Below are positions 19,150-29,000 of a stretch of 64,000 bases of DNA, piece by piece (position 1 is the stretch's first letter; every line of letters starts with the position of its first letter). The position numbers were made by a program, and so were the translations under genes. The stretch comes from Trueperaceae bacterium (GTDB taxonomy: Bacteria; Deinococcota; Deinococci; Deinococcales; Trueperaceae). The stretch spans positions 1,632,001-1,696,000 of the forward strand of contig OZ243956.1 of the NCBI GenBank assembly GCA_965214405.1, read 5' to 3'. The notes under the pieces were generated by a model, which searched no databases, was not told the origin of the DNA, and worked only from the letters and a program-made list of their open reading frames with translations.

Positions 19150-20760
19150 ATGCTTATGTTGAACTCCGGTATGTTGAATCTCGGCCAGTTTGTCCGCGAG
19201 CACGCCGCCCACGCGCCCGAGCGCGTCGCCATGCGGATGGGTGAGGCGAGTTTTTCTTACGCGCAGCTCGAGGCCATGTCCAACCAAGTCGCCAACTACC
19301 TCGTCTCGCTGGGGGTCCAAAAAGGTGACAAGGTGGCGCTTTCGTGCCCCAACCTCCCGTACTTTCCTGTCGTGTATTACGGGATTCTCAAGGCGGGCGG
19401 GGTGGTAGTACCGCTCAACGTGCTCCTCAAGGGGAGAGAAATCGCCTATCACCTGCAAGATTCGGACGCCAAGGTTTATTTTGTCTTCGAGGGCACGAGT
19501 GAACTGCCGATGGCGGAACTCGGCAAAAAGGGCTTTGACGAGGCGGACGCGTGCGAGCATCTTGTCGTGATGACCGCCGACCCTGCCGACGCCGGGCCGA
19601 TCAACGGGGCGATGACGCTGGGGCAGATTTTGTCCCAGCAACCCGAAGAGTTTGACCTCGTCATGACCGGCCCCACCGACACCGCCGTCATCCTCTACAC
19701 CTCGGGCACGACGGGCAGGCCCAAGGGGGCGGAGCTGAGCCACTTCAATATGGTCATGAACGCGGTGGTCTCGAGCCGTCTCACCCAAGACGTGACGATG
19801 AGGCCCGAAGACGGCGTGTTCATGATGGTGCTGCCCCTCTTTCACTCCTTTGGTCAAACCTGCGGGATGAACGCGACCTTTTACGCGGGCGGGCAGATCA
19901 CCCTGCTGCCCCGCTTCGAGCCCAAGGCGGCGCTAGAAACGATGCGCAACCACGGCGTCACCTACTTCGCGGGCGTGCCGACGATGTACTGGGCGCTGCT
20001 TAATGAGGTTGGGAAGATAGATGATGAAGATTTGAAGACCATCCGGGATACGCTGCGAATCTGCTCCTCCGGCGGCTCCGCCATGCCCGTCGAACTCCTC
20101 AAAAACTTTGAAAAGACGTTTCAGGTGCCCATTTTAGAGGGCTACGGCCTTTCCGAGACCGCGCCCGTCGCCTCGTTTAATCACCAGGGCCGCGAGCGCA
20201 AGGTGGGCAGCATCGGCCAGGCTATCTGGGGCGTCGAGATGAAAGTGGTAGACGCTGAGGATAACGCGGTACCCGCGGGCGAAACGGGCGAAATCGTCAT
20301 CCGCGGCCACAACGTGATGAAGGGCTACTACAAGCGCCCCGACGCCACCGAAGAGGTCATGCGCGGCGGCTGGTTTCACTCGGGCGACGTGGGCACCAAG
20401 GACGACGAGGGTTACTTCACCATCGTCGACCGCGTCAAGGACATGATTCTGCGCGGCGGTTTCAACGTCTACCCGCGCGAGGTCGAGGAGGTCCTGATGA
20501 CCCACCCGGCGGTGTCGTTGGCGGCGGTCGTGGGCGTGCCGAGTGAAGAATACGGCGAAGAAATCTGGGCCTACGTTGTGCTCAAAGAGGGTGAAAAAGC
20601 CAGACCTGAGGAGATTGTCGCCTGGAGTAAAGAGGAGATGGCGGCGTACAAGTACCCGCGCCGGGTCGAGGTGCGCGAGAGCCTGCCGATGAACGCGACG
20701 GGGAAGATTTTGCGGCGGGAGTTGCGAGCAGAAGCGGGTGAGGGCGTGGCGGCGGATTAG
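19150..20760 (+). CDS. Long-chain fatty acid-CoA ligase
   Basis: YTSGTTGRPKG, GYGLSET, GGFNVYPREVEE, TGKI. Confidence 0.92.
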   Translation: MLMLNSGMLNLGQFVREHAAHAPERVAMRMGEASFSYAQLEAMSNQVANYLVSLGVQKGDKVALSCPNLPYFPVVYYGILKAGGVVVPLNVLLKGREIAYHLQDSDAKVYFVFEGTSELPMAELGKKGFDEADACEHLVVMTADPADAGPINGAMTLGQILSQQPEEFDLVMTGPTDTAVILYTSGTTGRPKGAELSHFNMVMNAVVSSRLTQDVTMRPEDGVFMMVLPLFHSFGQTCGMNATFYAGGQITLLPRFEPKAALETMRNHGVTYFAGVPTMYWALLNEVGKIDDEDLKTIRDTLRICSSGGSAMPVELLKNFEKTFQVPILEGYGLSETAPVASFNHQGRERKVGSIGQAIWGVEMKVVDAEDNAVPAGETGEIVIRGHNVMKGYYKRPDATEEVMRGGWFHSGDVGTKDDEGYFTIVDRVKDMILRGGFNVYPREVEEVLMTHPAVSLAAVVGVPSEEYGEEIWAYVVLKEGEKARPEEIVAWSKEEMAAYKYPRRVEVRESLPMNATGKILRRELRAEAGEGVAAD

Positions 20761-20856
20761 AATGAATGGCAGAGAACATCTTCATCTGCCTATTGGTGGC
20801 GTACCAGGTTTACAAGTTCATGACGTTAATCCGAAAGAGTAGATGACGATACATCT

Positions 20857-21336
20857 ATGGGTCCTATAAAGGCAGAAATAGTGAAGGCCGCAGCTAAAGC
20901 GAACGCAGTGACTACTGAGCTAAATGCAGAAGAGTTTGCGGCCTTGAAGAAAAGCATAGAAGAAAAATACGTAGACAGAGCAGTCTACTCTAGGATAAAA
21001 AGGTTTCCTCTGATGTGGAAGGCATTTTCAGAGCCTTTGATTGCCATAAGAAGTCCCCTCGCGTGGACGTGGGTAGATGATTTTGTAAAAGGTAAAGAGA
21101 ATGTTTTACTACTAATTGATGACGTAAAGGAGAGAGCGGCATTCAAGTTTGACAGTGGTCGAGACATCTTCCCAGTACTCGAGGACTGCTTTGGCTTTGA
21201 GTTCTATTTAACAAACGAAGCGACAAATTTTCTGCTGTGCAGTCAACGTGATGATTATCTTGTAGCTTTGGGCGACGCTACTGAGTGGCTGAAAGCCTAT
21301 TTGATTTCGAAAAAGCTTTCACCAACTATCTTTTAG
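20857..21336 (+). CDS. Hypothetical low-GC protein (possibly DUF6756-like / orphan immunity protein)
   Basis: AT-rich 159-aa ORF with FEFYL....FLLC....DYL..G tail. Confidence 0.55.
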   Translation: MGPIKAEIVKAAAKANAVTTELNAEEFAALKKSIEEKYVDRAVYSRIKRFPLMWKAFSEPLIAIRSPLAWTWVDDFVKGKENVLLLIDDVKERAAFKFDSGRDIFPVLEDCFGFEFYLTNEATNFLLCSQRDDYLVALGDATEWLKAYLISKKLSPTIF

Positions 21337-21401
21337 CAGTTCAGAACGACTTAACGAAACCTATTCGAGATTTATACTCGGTTCAAGAAAAGGAGCCAAC
21401 C

Positions 21402-22574
21402 ATGACCGAAGCCGTTATCGTCACCGCCGTCCGCACTCCCGTCGCGCGGGCGCACAAGGGAAAACTCAAAGACACGCGCCCGGATGATTTAGCGGGGTTC
21501 ATCATCAAAGAGGCCCTGAAGTGTACGCCGGGACTCGAGAAGTCGCGCATCGACGACGTGATTTTGGGCAACGCGCACCCCGAGGGTGAGGCGGGCTATA
21601 ACTTGGCGCGCATCGCGGTGGCGACGGCTGACTTGCAAGACACGACCGCCGGGGTGACCGTCAACCGCTTTTGCGCCTCGGGTTTGCAGACCCTCGTGCA
21701 GGGCTCGCACTCGGTCACGATGGGCATGACCGAGGTCGTCTTGGCGGGCGGCGCGGACTGCTCGAGCCGCGTGCCGATGGGCGGGCACACGATGTCGATC
21801 AACCGCGCTCTCTACAAGCGCTACCCGCAGGCGTATCACACGATGGGCCAGACCGCGGAGGCGGTGGCGCGCAAGTTTGGTATTTCCCGTGAGGAGCAAG
21901 ACGCCTTTGCGCTCAAGTCGCATGAGAAGGCGGTGGCCGCGTGGGAGGCGGGGAAGTTTGAAAACCACGTGATTCCGGTGCCGACGCGGGTCAAGGATGA
22001 AGAAGATAATTGGCACGAGGTGGTGTTGGACCGCGACGAAGGGCCGCGCGCCGACACGAACCTTGACAAGCTCGCCTCGCTCAGGACGGTGTTCGCGGAG
22101 GACGAGGCGGCGACGGTCACGGCGGGGAACTCTAGCCCCCTGAACGACGGCGCGGCTTTGAGCGTCATCATGGGGATGGAGGAGGCGCGGGCGTTGGGCT
22201 TAAAGCCGCTGGCTAAGCTCGAGCAGGCCGCCGTCGCGGGCGTGCCGCCCGAAATTATGGGCGTCGGTCCCGTTCCCGCCATCCGCAAGCTTCTCAAAAA
22301 AATGGGCATGACGATTGATGACATCGACCTCATCGAAATCAACGAGGCCTTTGCGAGCCAGGTCTATTACTGCCAGCAAGAACTCGGCATCCCGGACGAA
22401 AAGTTTAATGTGAACGGCGGGGCCATCGCCATTGGGCACCCCTTAGGCGCGACGGGCGCGCGCATCGCCGCGGACCTTTTTGCCGAGATGGCGCGGCGCG
22501 ACGCGGAGTGGGGTTTGGTCTCGATGTGCGTGGGCGGCGGTCAGGGGATGGCGGGACTGTTCCGGCGGATTTAG
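21402..22574 (+). CDS. Acetyl-CoA C-acyltransferase (thiolase)
   Basis: NRFCASG, NEAF, GHPLGATG, CVGGGQG; AAGGAG RBS. Confidence 0.95.
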   Translation: MTEAVIVTAVRTPVARAHKGKLKDTRPDDLAGFIIKEALKCTPGLEKSRIDDVILGNAHPEGEAGYNLARIAVATADLQDTTAGVTVNRFCASGLQTLVQGSHSVTMGMTEVVLAGGADCSSRVPMGGHTMSINRALYKRYPQAYHTMGQTAEAVARKFGISREEQDAFALKSHEKAVAAWEAGKFENHVIPVPTRVKDEEDNWHEVVLDRDEGPRADTNLDKLASLRTVFAEDEAATVTAGNSSPLNDGAALSVIMGMEEARALGLKPLAKLEQAAVAGVPPEIMGVGPVPAIRKLLKKMGMTIDDIDLIEINEAFASQVYYCQQELGIPDEKFNVNGGAIAIGHPLGATGARIAADLFAEMARRDAEWGLVSMCVGGGQGMAGLFRRI

Positions 22575-22575
22575 G

Positions 22576-23382
22576 GTGAGCCGTCCTTGGCGACGCTCGT
22601 TCGGTTTGACGGCGCTGGGCACGGCGACCGCGAGCGCGGGTGTGATGGTCCGCGAGGCTTACCAGACGCCCGAAGTGAGCCGCTACCGAGTGCCGTTAAA
22701 AAGACTCGCGCGTCCCTTACGCGTGGTGCAGATGAGCGACTTGCACACGGGGCTTTACATCCACGAGGAGACGCTAAAGCGCTGGGTGGCGCTCGCCAAC
22801 GCGCAGCGCCCCGACCTGGTCGTCATCACGGGTGATTTTGTGGACCGCTTCTCTCTAAACCCGCTACCAGGGTTGGGACGCGCCCTCGCCAAACTCCGCG
22901 CGCCCCTCGGTGTTTGGGGCGTGTGGGGCAACCATGATCGCTGGCGCTTTAGGGACATTGGGCCGTTGTTGAGGACGCTTCAAAGCGCAAACATTCGCAT
23001 CCTCAACAACGACGGGGTGAGGTTGCGTGATGACCTTTATCTGGCGGGGGTGGATGACGTGCTCGAGGGCTCACCCAACCTTCGAAGAGCCCTGCAAAAT
23101 CTACCAGAGAACGCCTCGAGCCTCCTCATGCTCCACAACCCCGACTTTTTACCCCACGTGCCCACGCGCGTCGGCCTCACCCTAAGCGGCCACACGCACG
23201 GCGGGCAAATCAAAGCGCCCCTTTACGGCGCGATTTTTACCTCGTCGGATTACGGGAAACGCTACGCGGAAGGCTGGGTGAAAGAGAACGCTTACGTGTC
23301 GCGCGGCCTCGGTGTGACGGTGCTGCCTTTTCGTTTGGACTGCCCGCCCGAACTCGTGGTGATGGACTTAGAGTCCGTCTAA
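22576..23382 (+). CDS. Metallophosphoesterase (YkuE/YaeI-like)
   Basis: SDLH, TGD, GNHD, HNPD, GHTHGGQ, VSRGLG. Confidence 0.9.
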   Translation: MSRPWRRSFGLTALGTATASAGVMVREAYQTPEVSRYRVPLKRLARPLRVVQMSDLHTGLYIHEETLKRWVALANAQRPDLVVITGDFVDRFSLNPLPGLGRALAKLRAPLGVWGVWGNHDRWRFRDIGPLLRTLQSANIRILNNDGVRLRDDLYLAGVDDVLEGSPNLRRALQNLPENASSLLMLHNPDFLPHVPTRVGLTLSGHTHGGQIKAPLYGAIFTSSDYGKRYAEGWVKENAYVSRGLGVTVLPFRLDCPPELVVMDLESV

Positions 23383-24356
23383 CCCCCAATCGCCACCATC
23401 GTCCGCGGCCTCTCGACGGGCGTGGTGATACCCGACTTCACCTTGCGGTGGGCGGCGATGAGGAACACTTCTTGAATCGCGGGAACGGGGTCGGGGGCGC
23501 GCAGGGCCTCGCGCATGTCGAGTTCACGGTCGGTCATGAGGCAAGGCCGCACCTTGCCGTCACTCGTCAGGCGCATCCGGCTGCACGCGCCGCAGAAGGG
23601 CTCGGACACAGGGTTGATAAAGCCGATCGCCCCTTCCCAACTCGGCACCTTGAAAAGTTTGGCGGGCGCGCTCGGGTCGGTGGTGAGGGGCTCGAGCCCG
23701 CCCACCACCTCTTCTAAGTGCGCCTTGATTTCTTTGCCAGGTACGAACGATTCAAAATACGCGTCCCGGTCGGCATTATTCAAGTGCATGTACTCGATAT
23801 AGCGCACGTGGATGGGCCGGTCGCGGGTGAGTTCGGCCAAGGGCAGGATTTCATCGTCGTTGATGCCGCGAATCACCACCGCGTTGAGCTTGACCGGCTC
23901 GAGCCCCGCCGCCATCACCGCCTCGATGCCCCGCCACACCTGGCGGATGTCGCCGCCGTTCGTCGCGCGCTTGAACGCGTCCGGGTCTACCGCGTCCAAG
24001 GAGATGTTCACCCGGTCCAGCCCCGCCGCCAGGAGGTCGGGCAGGCGGCGCTCTAAGAGACTCGCGTTGGTGGTAATCGCCACGTCGTGAACGCCCAGGC
24101 CCTTAGCGTGCGCGATCATCTCGGGAAGTTCCTTGCGCAAGAGCGGTTCGCCCCCGGTAAAGCGCACCGAGTCCATGCCCAAGCCTACGGCGGCCTCGAG
24201 CACGTTCGCCACGTCCTCAACGCTCACCGTGCCTGTTGGGTCCTTGCCGCCCGCGCCCAGGGGGTCGCAGTAGAAGCACTTGTAGTTGCAGCGCGGCGTC
24301 ACGCTGATGCGGAGGTCTCTCACGACGCGCCCGTGCTGGTCAACGAGTGATTTCAT
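23379..24356 (-). CDS. moaA: GTP 3',8-cyclase
   Basis: LRISVT.RCNYKCFYC, FCGACSRMRLT, C-terminal IGG. Confidence 0.95.
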   Translation of the reverse strand: MKSLVDQHGRVVRDLRISVTPRCNYKCFYCDPLGAGGKDPTGTVSVEDVANVLEAAVGLGMDSVRFTGGEPLLRKELPEMIAHAKGLGVHDVAITTNASLLERRLPDLLAAGLDRVNISLDAVDPDAFKRATNGGDIRQVWRGIEAVMAAGLEPVKLNAVVIRGINDDEILPLAELTRDRPIHVRYIEYMHLNNADRDAYFESFVPGKEIKAHLEEVVGGLEPLTTDPSAPAKLFKVPSWEGAIGFINPVSEPFCGACSRMRLTSDGKVRPCLMTDRELDMREALRAPDPVPAIQEVFLIAAHRKVKSGITTPVERPRTMVAIGG

Positions 24357-24487
24357 ACGCTCCCTTGGCTGAAACGGCGTTGCTCATAATTTTTCTATAG
24401 TACACGCTGGGCGGGACGGCTCGTGTTACCGCGACATGACGGGAGAAGCGCCTCATAACTTCTTGGACACTGTGGCTGGTAACGTAT

Positions 24488-26176
24488 TTACTCGAGCCCC
24501 ACCCTCACCCTCACCACCCCCGCCCGCTCATGCCGCGCCGTCAGCTCTACCTCTCCCCCGTTGGGCGCGTGGACGACCCACTCGAGCTTGACTCTCTCGC
24601 TCGTCTCGTCCGCGCCAAAAAAGGGATGCGGCACCGAAGACTTGTAGGCGCGCCCTTCTAACTGCCCGCGCTCCTCCCTACGTTCGCCGGAGACGAGGCT
24701 CGCTTCCCCAGCCAATTCAATCTCCGCCACCACGCCGCGCACCACCTTGTTTTCCAGCGCCTTTTTGGTGACGTATGTCGGCAGCCAGCCTGTGTTATGG
24801 ACGACAAATCTGACGCGGTAGTGCTCGTTTCCGAGGGGCTCGACACTCACGTCGAAAAGCTCCAACTTGGGCGAGATTAAGAGGTGCCAGATTACCCATT
24901 TGGGAAAGCGCTCGAGTTCCCTCTCTAAAAGCTCCGGCGGCGGGTTCCGAAACGCGTAGAGCATGTTCCAGCCGCCAAGCTCCACCTCACCGAGTTGCGG
25001 ATGCTCAAAGGCGTACCAGTCCACGTAACCCTTACCCTCCAAAACTTCATCGCTCCATTTCAAGAGCTTGAGGTCGTCCTCCACCGGATGCTCCCGGTAC
25101 CACTCGATAAATTTGCGCCCTTCGATGCCCGCCTCTACTTGCGGGCTCCATATCTCCACCGTCCAGCCAAACACGCCCAGGTGGTCGAAAAGCCAATCGT
25201 CGAACGCGCCCGTCATCACCTCTTTGGGGTGGTAGCGGAAGTCGTGGTAGACGGAGACGTTGGGGTAGCCCGTCAGTTCGGTGCCCTTTTGCCCGATTTT
25301 TTGAAACGTCCAGAGGTCTTCGGCGGGCATCGCCTCGTCGGCTTGGTGCGACGAGGGGCGCAGGAGCACGCCGCCGTGCGTGTGAAAGGTGACGCCGCCC
25401 GTGATGTTCGGATGTTCGGCGACAAACGCGACAACGTTGCGCACCTCCGGCTCCGAGGTCGGGTAGAGCCCCGCGCCCTTCTGTTTACCCTCCTGCCGCC
25501 ATTTGGAAGGAAAGTTACGGTTTAAGTCCAGGCCCTCCTTGACGGGTCTGAGGTTGAGCGTCACCCCGTCGTAATTTTCCAAAGTCCCTTCGGGCAGCAC
25601 GCGGTAGTAGGTCCCGCCCGTTTCCGCAGGCTCGCGGCGCACCAGGAGGCGCGGGTCGTGTTCTGACACTTTCCAAGGGCCGTTCTCGTCACGAAAGCGC
25701 ATCATCAGCATCCGCCCGTCGCCGTCTACGTCTTCGCGCATAAGGCCGCTCAGCGGTTCCTCATCGTAGGGATAAGGCCGGGTGGACGAGCGGATGATTT
25801 TGGGTTTATCGGCGAGCGCCCACTCCGCGCCGTCGGGGTTGACGCGGGGGCAGAGGTAAAAGGTGCGGGTGTCCAAACAGCGCGTAACGTCCTCATCTTC
25901 GCCGTAGCCGCCGACAAGCGTGTGGAGCAGGTAGAGGCACGCCATCGAGGGTGACACCTCGGTTGCGTGGATGTTGCCGTCTACCCACAAGGCAGGTTTT
26001 TCACCTGCCGCGCCCGTCTCCTTATTTGTGACGGTGAGGAGCCACACGTCGCGCCCTTCAAAACTTTTGCCGATGCTTTCTATTCCGACGAGGTGCGGGT
26101 ATTCGGTGGCGTATTGGTGGAGGAGGCTCGAGAGCTCGCTGTAGCGGTAGTAGGTGTTAAAGCGGGGGGTGGGCAT
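24488..26176 (-). CDS. M14 zinc carboxypeptidase
   Basis: HATE, NPDG, DLNRNF, FHT zinc-binding motifs. Confidence 0.9.
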   Translation of the reverse strand: MPTPRFNTYYRYSELSSLLHQYATEYPHLVGIESIGKSFEGRDVWLLTVTNKETGAAGEKPALWVDGNIHATEVSPSMACLYLLHTLVGGYGEDEDVTRCLDTRTFYLCPRVNPDGAEWALADKPKIIRSSTRPYPYDEEPLSGLMREDVDGDGRMLMMRFRDENGPWKVSEHDPRLLVRREPAETGGTYYRVLPEGTLENYDGVTLNLRPVKEGLDLNRNFPSKWRQEGKQKGAGLYPTSEPEVRNVVAFVAEHPNITGGVTFHTHGGVLLRPSSHQADEAMPAEDLWTFQKIGQKGTELTGYPNVSVYHDFRYHPKEVMTGAFDDWLFDHLGVFGWTVEIWSPQVEAGIEGRKFIEWYREHPVEDDLKLLKWSDEVLEGKGYVDWYAFEHPQLGEVELGGWNMLYAFRNPPPELLERELERFPKWVIWHLLISPKLELFDVSVEPLGNEHYRVRFVVHNTGWLPTYVTKKALENKVVRGVVAEIELAGEASLVSGERREERGQLEGRAYKSSVPHPFFGADETSERVKLEWVVHAPNGGEVELTARHERAGVVRVRVGLE

Positions 26177-26278
26177 GAGGGTATCGTACCTGCTGAGTTT
26201 CGGGGGGTGAAGGGGCTCGAGAGGTTACTGGTGTTTATCCTGAAAGCTTCTCAACTTGGCCTCTGCTTACACTACCTC

Positions 26279-26620
26279 ATGACTACCGTCACACTTCCCG
26301 ACGACCTTGCCCAGTGGGTCGAAGCGTTTGGACAGTGGCTCCCGGCCTTTTTGGAAATCAGCTTGCTAAGACTTAAAACGCCAGTCCGCGAGATGGCAGA
26401 CGCGCTTGTCGCTTTTCTCGTGACCAATCCCTCGGCTACGGAAGTGTGGGCCTATTACCTTCCCGACGCCCTGCAAGAACGTGTCGAGGCGCTGCTTAAT
26501 GGGGAGCGCGAGAACGTTTTGAATGAGCATGAGCGTTCGGAATTAGATGAGTTTATGCGACTCGAGCAAGCCGTAAGGTTGATTAAGGCGCGTCTCGCAA
26601 ACAGTGTTGCCCATAGGTGA
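26279..26620 (+). CDS. Hypothetical protein, coupled partner of HNH nuclease
   Basis: FL.TNPS..EV....LQERVEALL...E..ELDEFMRLE...RLIKAR; overlaps the HNH start. Confidence 0.65.
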   Translation: MTTVTLPDDLAQWVEAFGQWLPAFLEISLLRLKTPVREMADALVAFLVTNPSATEVWAYYLPDALQERVEALLNGERENVLNEHERSELDEFMRLEQAVRLIKARLANSVAHR

Positions 26621-27015
26621 GTCGTTCTCAACGGCAAAGGGTCGCAGAACGCGCCCAGCACCGCTGCGAATACTGCCGCTATCCCGAGAACGCTTCACTC
26701 ATCGCCCATCAACTCGACCACATTATCCCCAGACAGCACGGCGGGGGCGATGAGCTAGGAAACCTCGCGCTGGCCTGCGCGTTGTGCAACCGGTCCAAAG
26801 GACCCAACCTCGCCTCGCTCGACTCGGAAACGGATGGGGTTGTACCGCTTTACAACCCACGTATGCAGGATTGGTCGGCGCACTTTCAGCTCGAGGCGGA
26901 GTGCATCATCGGTTTGACCTCTACGGGCCGCGCTACGGCGGCCCTGCTGCACTTTAACGATGAGGCGCGGATGCTCGAGCGTCGCCTTCTCATCCAGAGC
27001 GGATACGACTTGTAA
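26617..27015 (+). CDS. HNH endonuclease
   Basis: CEYC...DHIIP..HGG...NLALAC..CN..K, LYNPR. Confidence 0.9.
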   Translation: MSRSQRQRVAERAQHRCEYCRYPENASLIAHQLDHIIPRQHGGGDELGNLALACALCNRSKGPNLASLDSETDGVVPLYNPRMQDWSAHFQLEAECIIGLTSTGRATAALLHFNDEARMLERRLLIQSGYDL

Positions 27016-27019
27016 CACC

Positions 27020-27239
27020 TCAACTTTCAAAAAGGTGCTCAACCTGCTGCCAAGCGCCCCCCCCTCACCGCAGCCGCCAGCATCGCCGCGTCATCTTCGG
27101 TGAGCCGACTGCGCTGACGGACGGTTTCAAGCTCCAAATAGTCGAGCAGCTTAGCAAGTTGCGCCTCATCCGCTAGCGCCGCAGGTAAGCGAATGGTAAT
27201 GCCGTCTTTGTCTCTGGTAATTTCGTAAGCTGCACCCAC
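27020..27239 (-). pseudogene. Small antitoxin-like protein, frameshifted in a G8 run
   Basis: ITIRLP...LLDYLELE...RSRLT..DA..LA; removing one G at 27057-27064 gives the tail VRGGAWQQVEHLFES*. Confidence 0.45.
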
Positions 27240-27469
27240 TAAACGCTCCGCCCCCTCGCTTCTGTGAGCACCTCGTTCACGTCGAGCGGCTTGTAATCGC
27301 CGCTGTCCTCACCTTTTTGGATTTCGGCGCGAAGATAAGAGAATCCGCTCTCATACTCCTGAATCAGCTTGAGCGACTGGCTGAGTACGGCGCGGTCATC
27401 TTCGTACCGTCCGGTTTCAATCAGCCCTTTGATAAGCCTCTCTTGCTCTTGCGTTAGTTCGACGGTCAT
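27239..27469 (-). CDS. ParD-like antitoxin (CC2985-type, ribbon-helix-helix), orphan
   Basis: MTVELT.EQE..I..LIETGRY.....V....L.L...LRAEIQKGEDSG. Confidence 0.75.
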   Translation of the reverse strand: MTVELTQEQERLIKGLIETGRYEDDRAVLSQSLKLIQEYESGFSYLRAEIQKGEDSGDYKPLDVNEVLTEARGRSV

Positions 27470-27539
27470 AGGACTAGAATACGTGTTTTGAAGAGCCGAA
27501 GCAATCGCCTGCGCGAAGAGCAGAGCATAGAAGAACAAA

Positions 27540-28010
27540 TCAGCTCCCAGGGGTAGGATAAAGAACCCGAAACCGCTCACAGCTTAGGAGCATGTCCTCG
27601 TTCACTTCGTAACCTTCTCCCTCTGCTTCACGGGAGAAGAAGTCCCAGTGCGCCTTTCGCCAGTATTCCAAGCTTAAATCACCTTCGCCCTCGGCTGCAG
27701 CAAACTCTGCGTCCACGTCGCGGTAACGCCGAACGGTGATTTCGTAAGTGTCGATAATGCAGAGGGGGTGCCCGTCGCCATCTAAGAGGATGCTCAAGCC
27801 TGCATCGTCGAGTGTGTTGTCACCCACGTACCGACTACACGTCGCGGTTTTGATTCCTTCTTTCACCAAATGACCCAGCTCGTTAGCCATCTGAGGCGTA
27901 TCACCAAAACTCCAAATGCCGGGTAGGGTGGCGTGTTTGTACATGTGATGCTCAGGAAGTGTTATTAGATAAGCTTCCCAGAACTGATGAATTTCCTTTT
28001 CGCTTGTCAT
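27540..28010 (-). CDS. ASCH domain protein
   Basis: FGD...MANEL..LV..GIKTATCS, FA..EGEGD.SLEYWR.AH..FF. Confidence 0.9.
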   Translation of the reverse strand: MTSEKEIHQFWEAYLITLPEHHMYKHATLPGIWSFGDTPQMANELGHLVKEGIKTATCSRYVGDNTLDDAGLSILLDGDGHPLCIIDTYEITVRRYRDVDAEFAAAEGEGDLSLEYWRKAHWDFFSREAEGEGYEVNEDMLLSCERFRVLYPTPGS

Positions 28011-28094
28011 AACTTAGCCATGATAAGCTTTTACAGCGGAGCAGAACTTAAGTTGTCGGTAGCAGCCAGGTGATAAACAGGGTATCAAAGGGAG

Positions 28095-28946
28095 GTGAGG
28101 GTGCGGCCCAAAAGCAAAACCAAAAGCGTCGTTACAACCGTGACAAAGGGCGAGGCTAAAGAGCGGCGCGACACACTTGCGACCGAGGAGCCTTTAGAGT
28201 TGCGTTTGCTTAGCGGTACGGAACGCCGGACGGTGGCGGTGACCATGCGCACGCCCGGCAACGATTTCGAGCTCGCGGCGGGCTTTCTTTTTGGTGAGGG
28301 GGTCATCACTCGTGACGACATCTTGCACATCTCCTACTGTGTAGACGCGCCCTCCGAGCAGCGTTACAACATCGTCAACGTGACGTTGCGCGGGCCGCTG
28401 CCCGAGTTGCGGGGCCTCGAGCGCCACTTCACCACCACCTCGGCCTGCGGCGTCTGCGGCAAGGCGAGTCTGGAGGCCTTAGAGATTCGCGGCTGCGCGG
28501 CTCTGCCTGTTACCTTTGCCGTGTCACCCGAACTTATCACCTCGCTGCCCGACAAGCTGCGCCTCCAACAGGGGCTGTTTGAGGCGACGGGTGGGCTACA
28601 CGCGGCGGCATTATTTAGCAAAGACGGTGAGTTAATCGCGCTCCGCGAGGACGTGGGGCGGCACAACGCGCTGGACAAGCTCATCGGCTGGGCGCTGTTG
28701 GAGGGCCTGCTGCCGCTGTCAGAGCACATCGTTCTTTTGAGTGGCCGGGCGAGTTTTGAACTCTTGCAAAAGTCGCTCTCGGCGGGGTTGGGCGTGGTTT
28801 GCGCGGTGTCCGCGCCTTCGTCTCTCGCTGTGTCGGTTGCAAAGAACTTTGGCATCACCCTCGTCGGGTTTTTGCGCGGCGAACGGTTTAATATTTATGC
28901 GGGTGAGGTGCGCGTGGCGCTGTCGTCTTCTCTACAACAGGCTTAA
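28095..28946 (+). CDS. fdhD: Formate dehydrogenase accessory sulfurtransferase
   Basis: EEPLE, TMRTPG, SACGVCG, TGGLHAA, EDVGRHNALDK. Confidence 0.95.
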   Translation: MRVRPKSKTKSVVTTVTKGEAKERRDTLATEEPLELRLLSGTERRTVAVTMRTPGNDFELAAGFLFGEGVITRDDILHISYCVDAPSEQRYNIVNVTLRGPLPELRGLERHFTTTSACGVCGKASLEALEIRGCAALPVTFAVSPELITSLPDKLRLQQGLFEATGGLHAAALFSKDGELIALREDVGRHNALDKLIGWALLEGLLPLSEHIVLLSGRASFELLQKSLSAGLGVVCAVSAPSSLAVSVAKNFGITLVGFLRGERFNIYAGEVRVALSSSLQQA

Positions 28947-29000
28947 CACAAGGCGAAGCGCGTTGAAGAGGCTCGAGCCCACTCTCACAGCTACACAACT

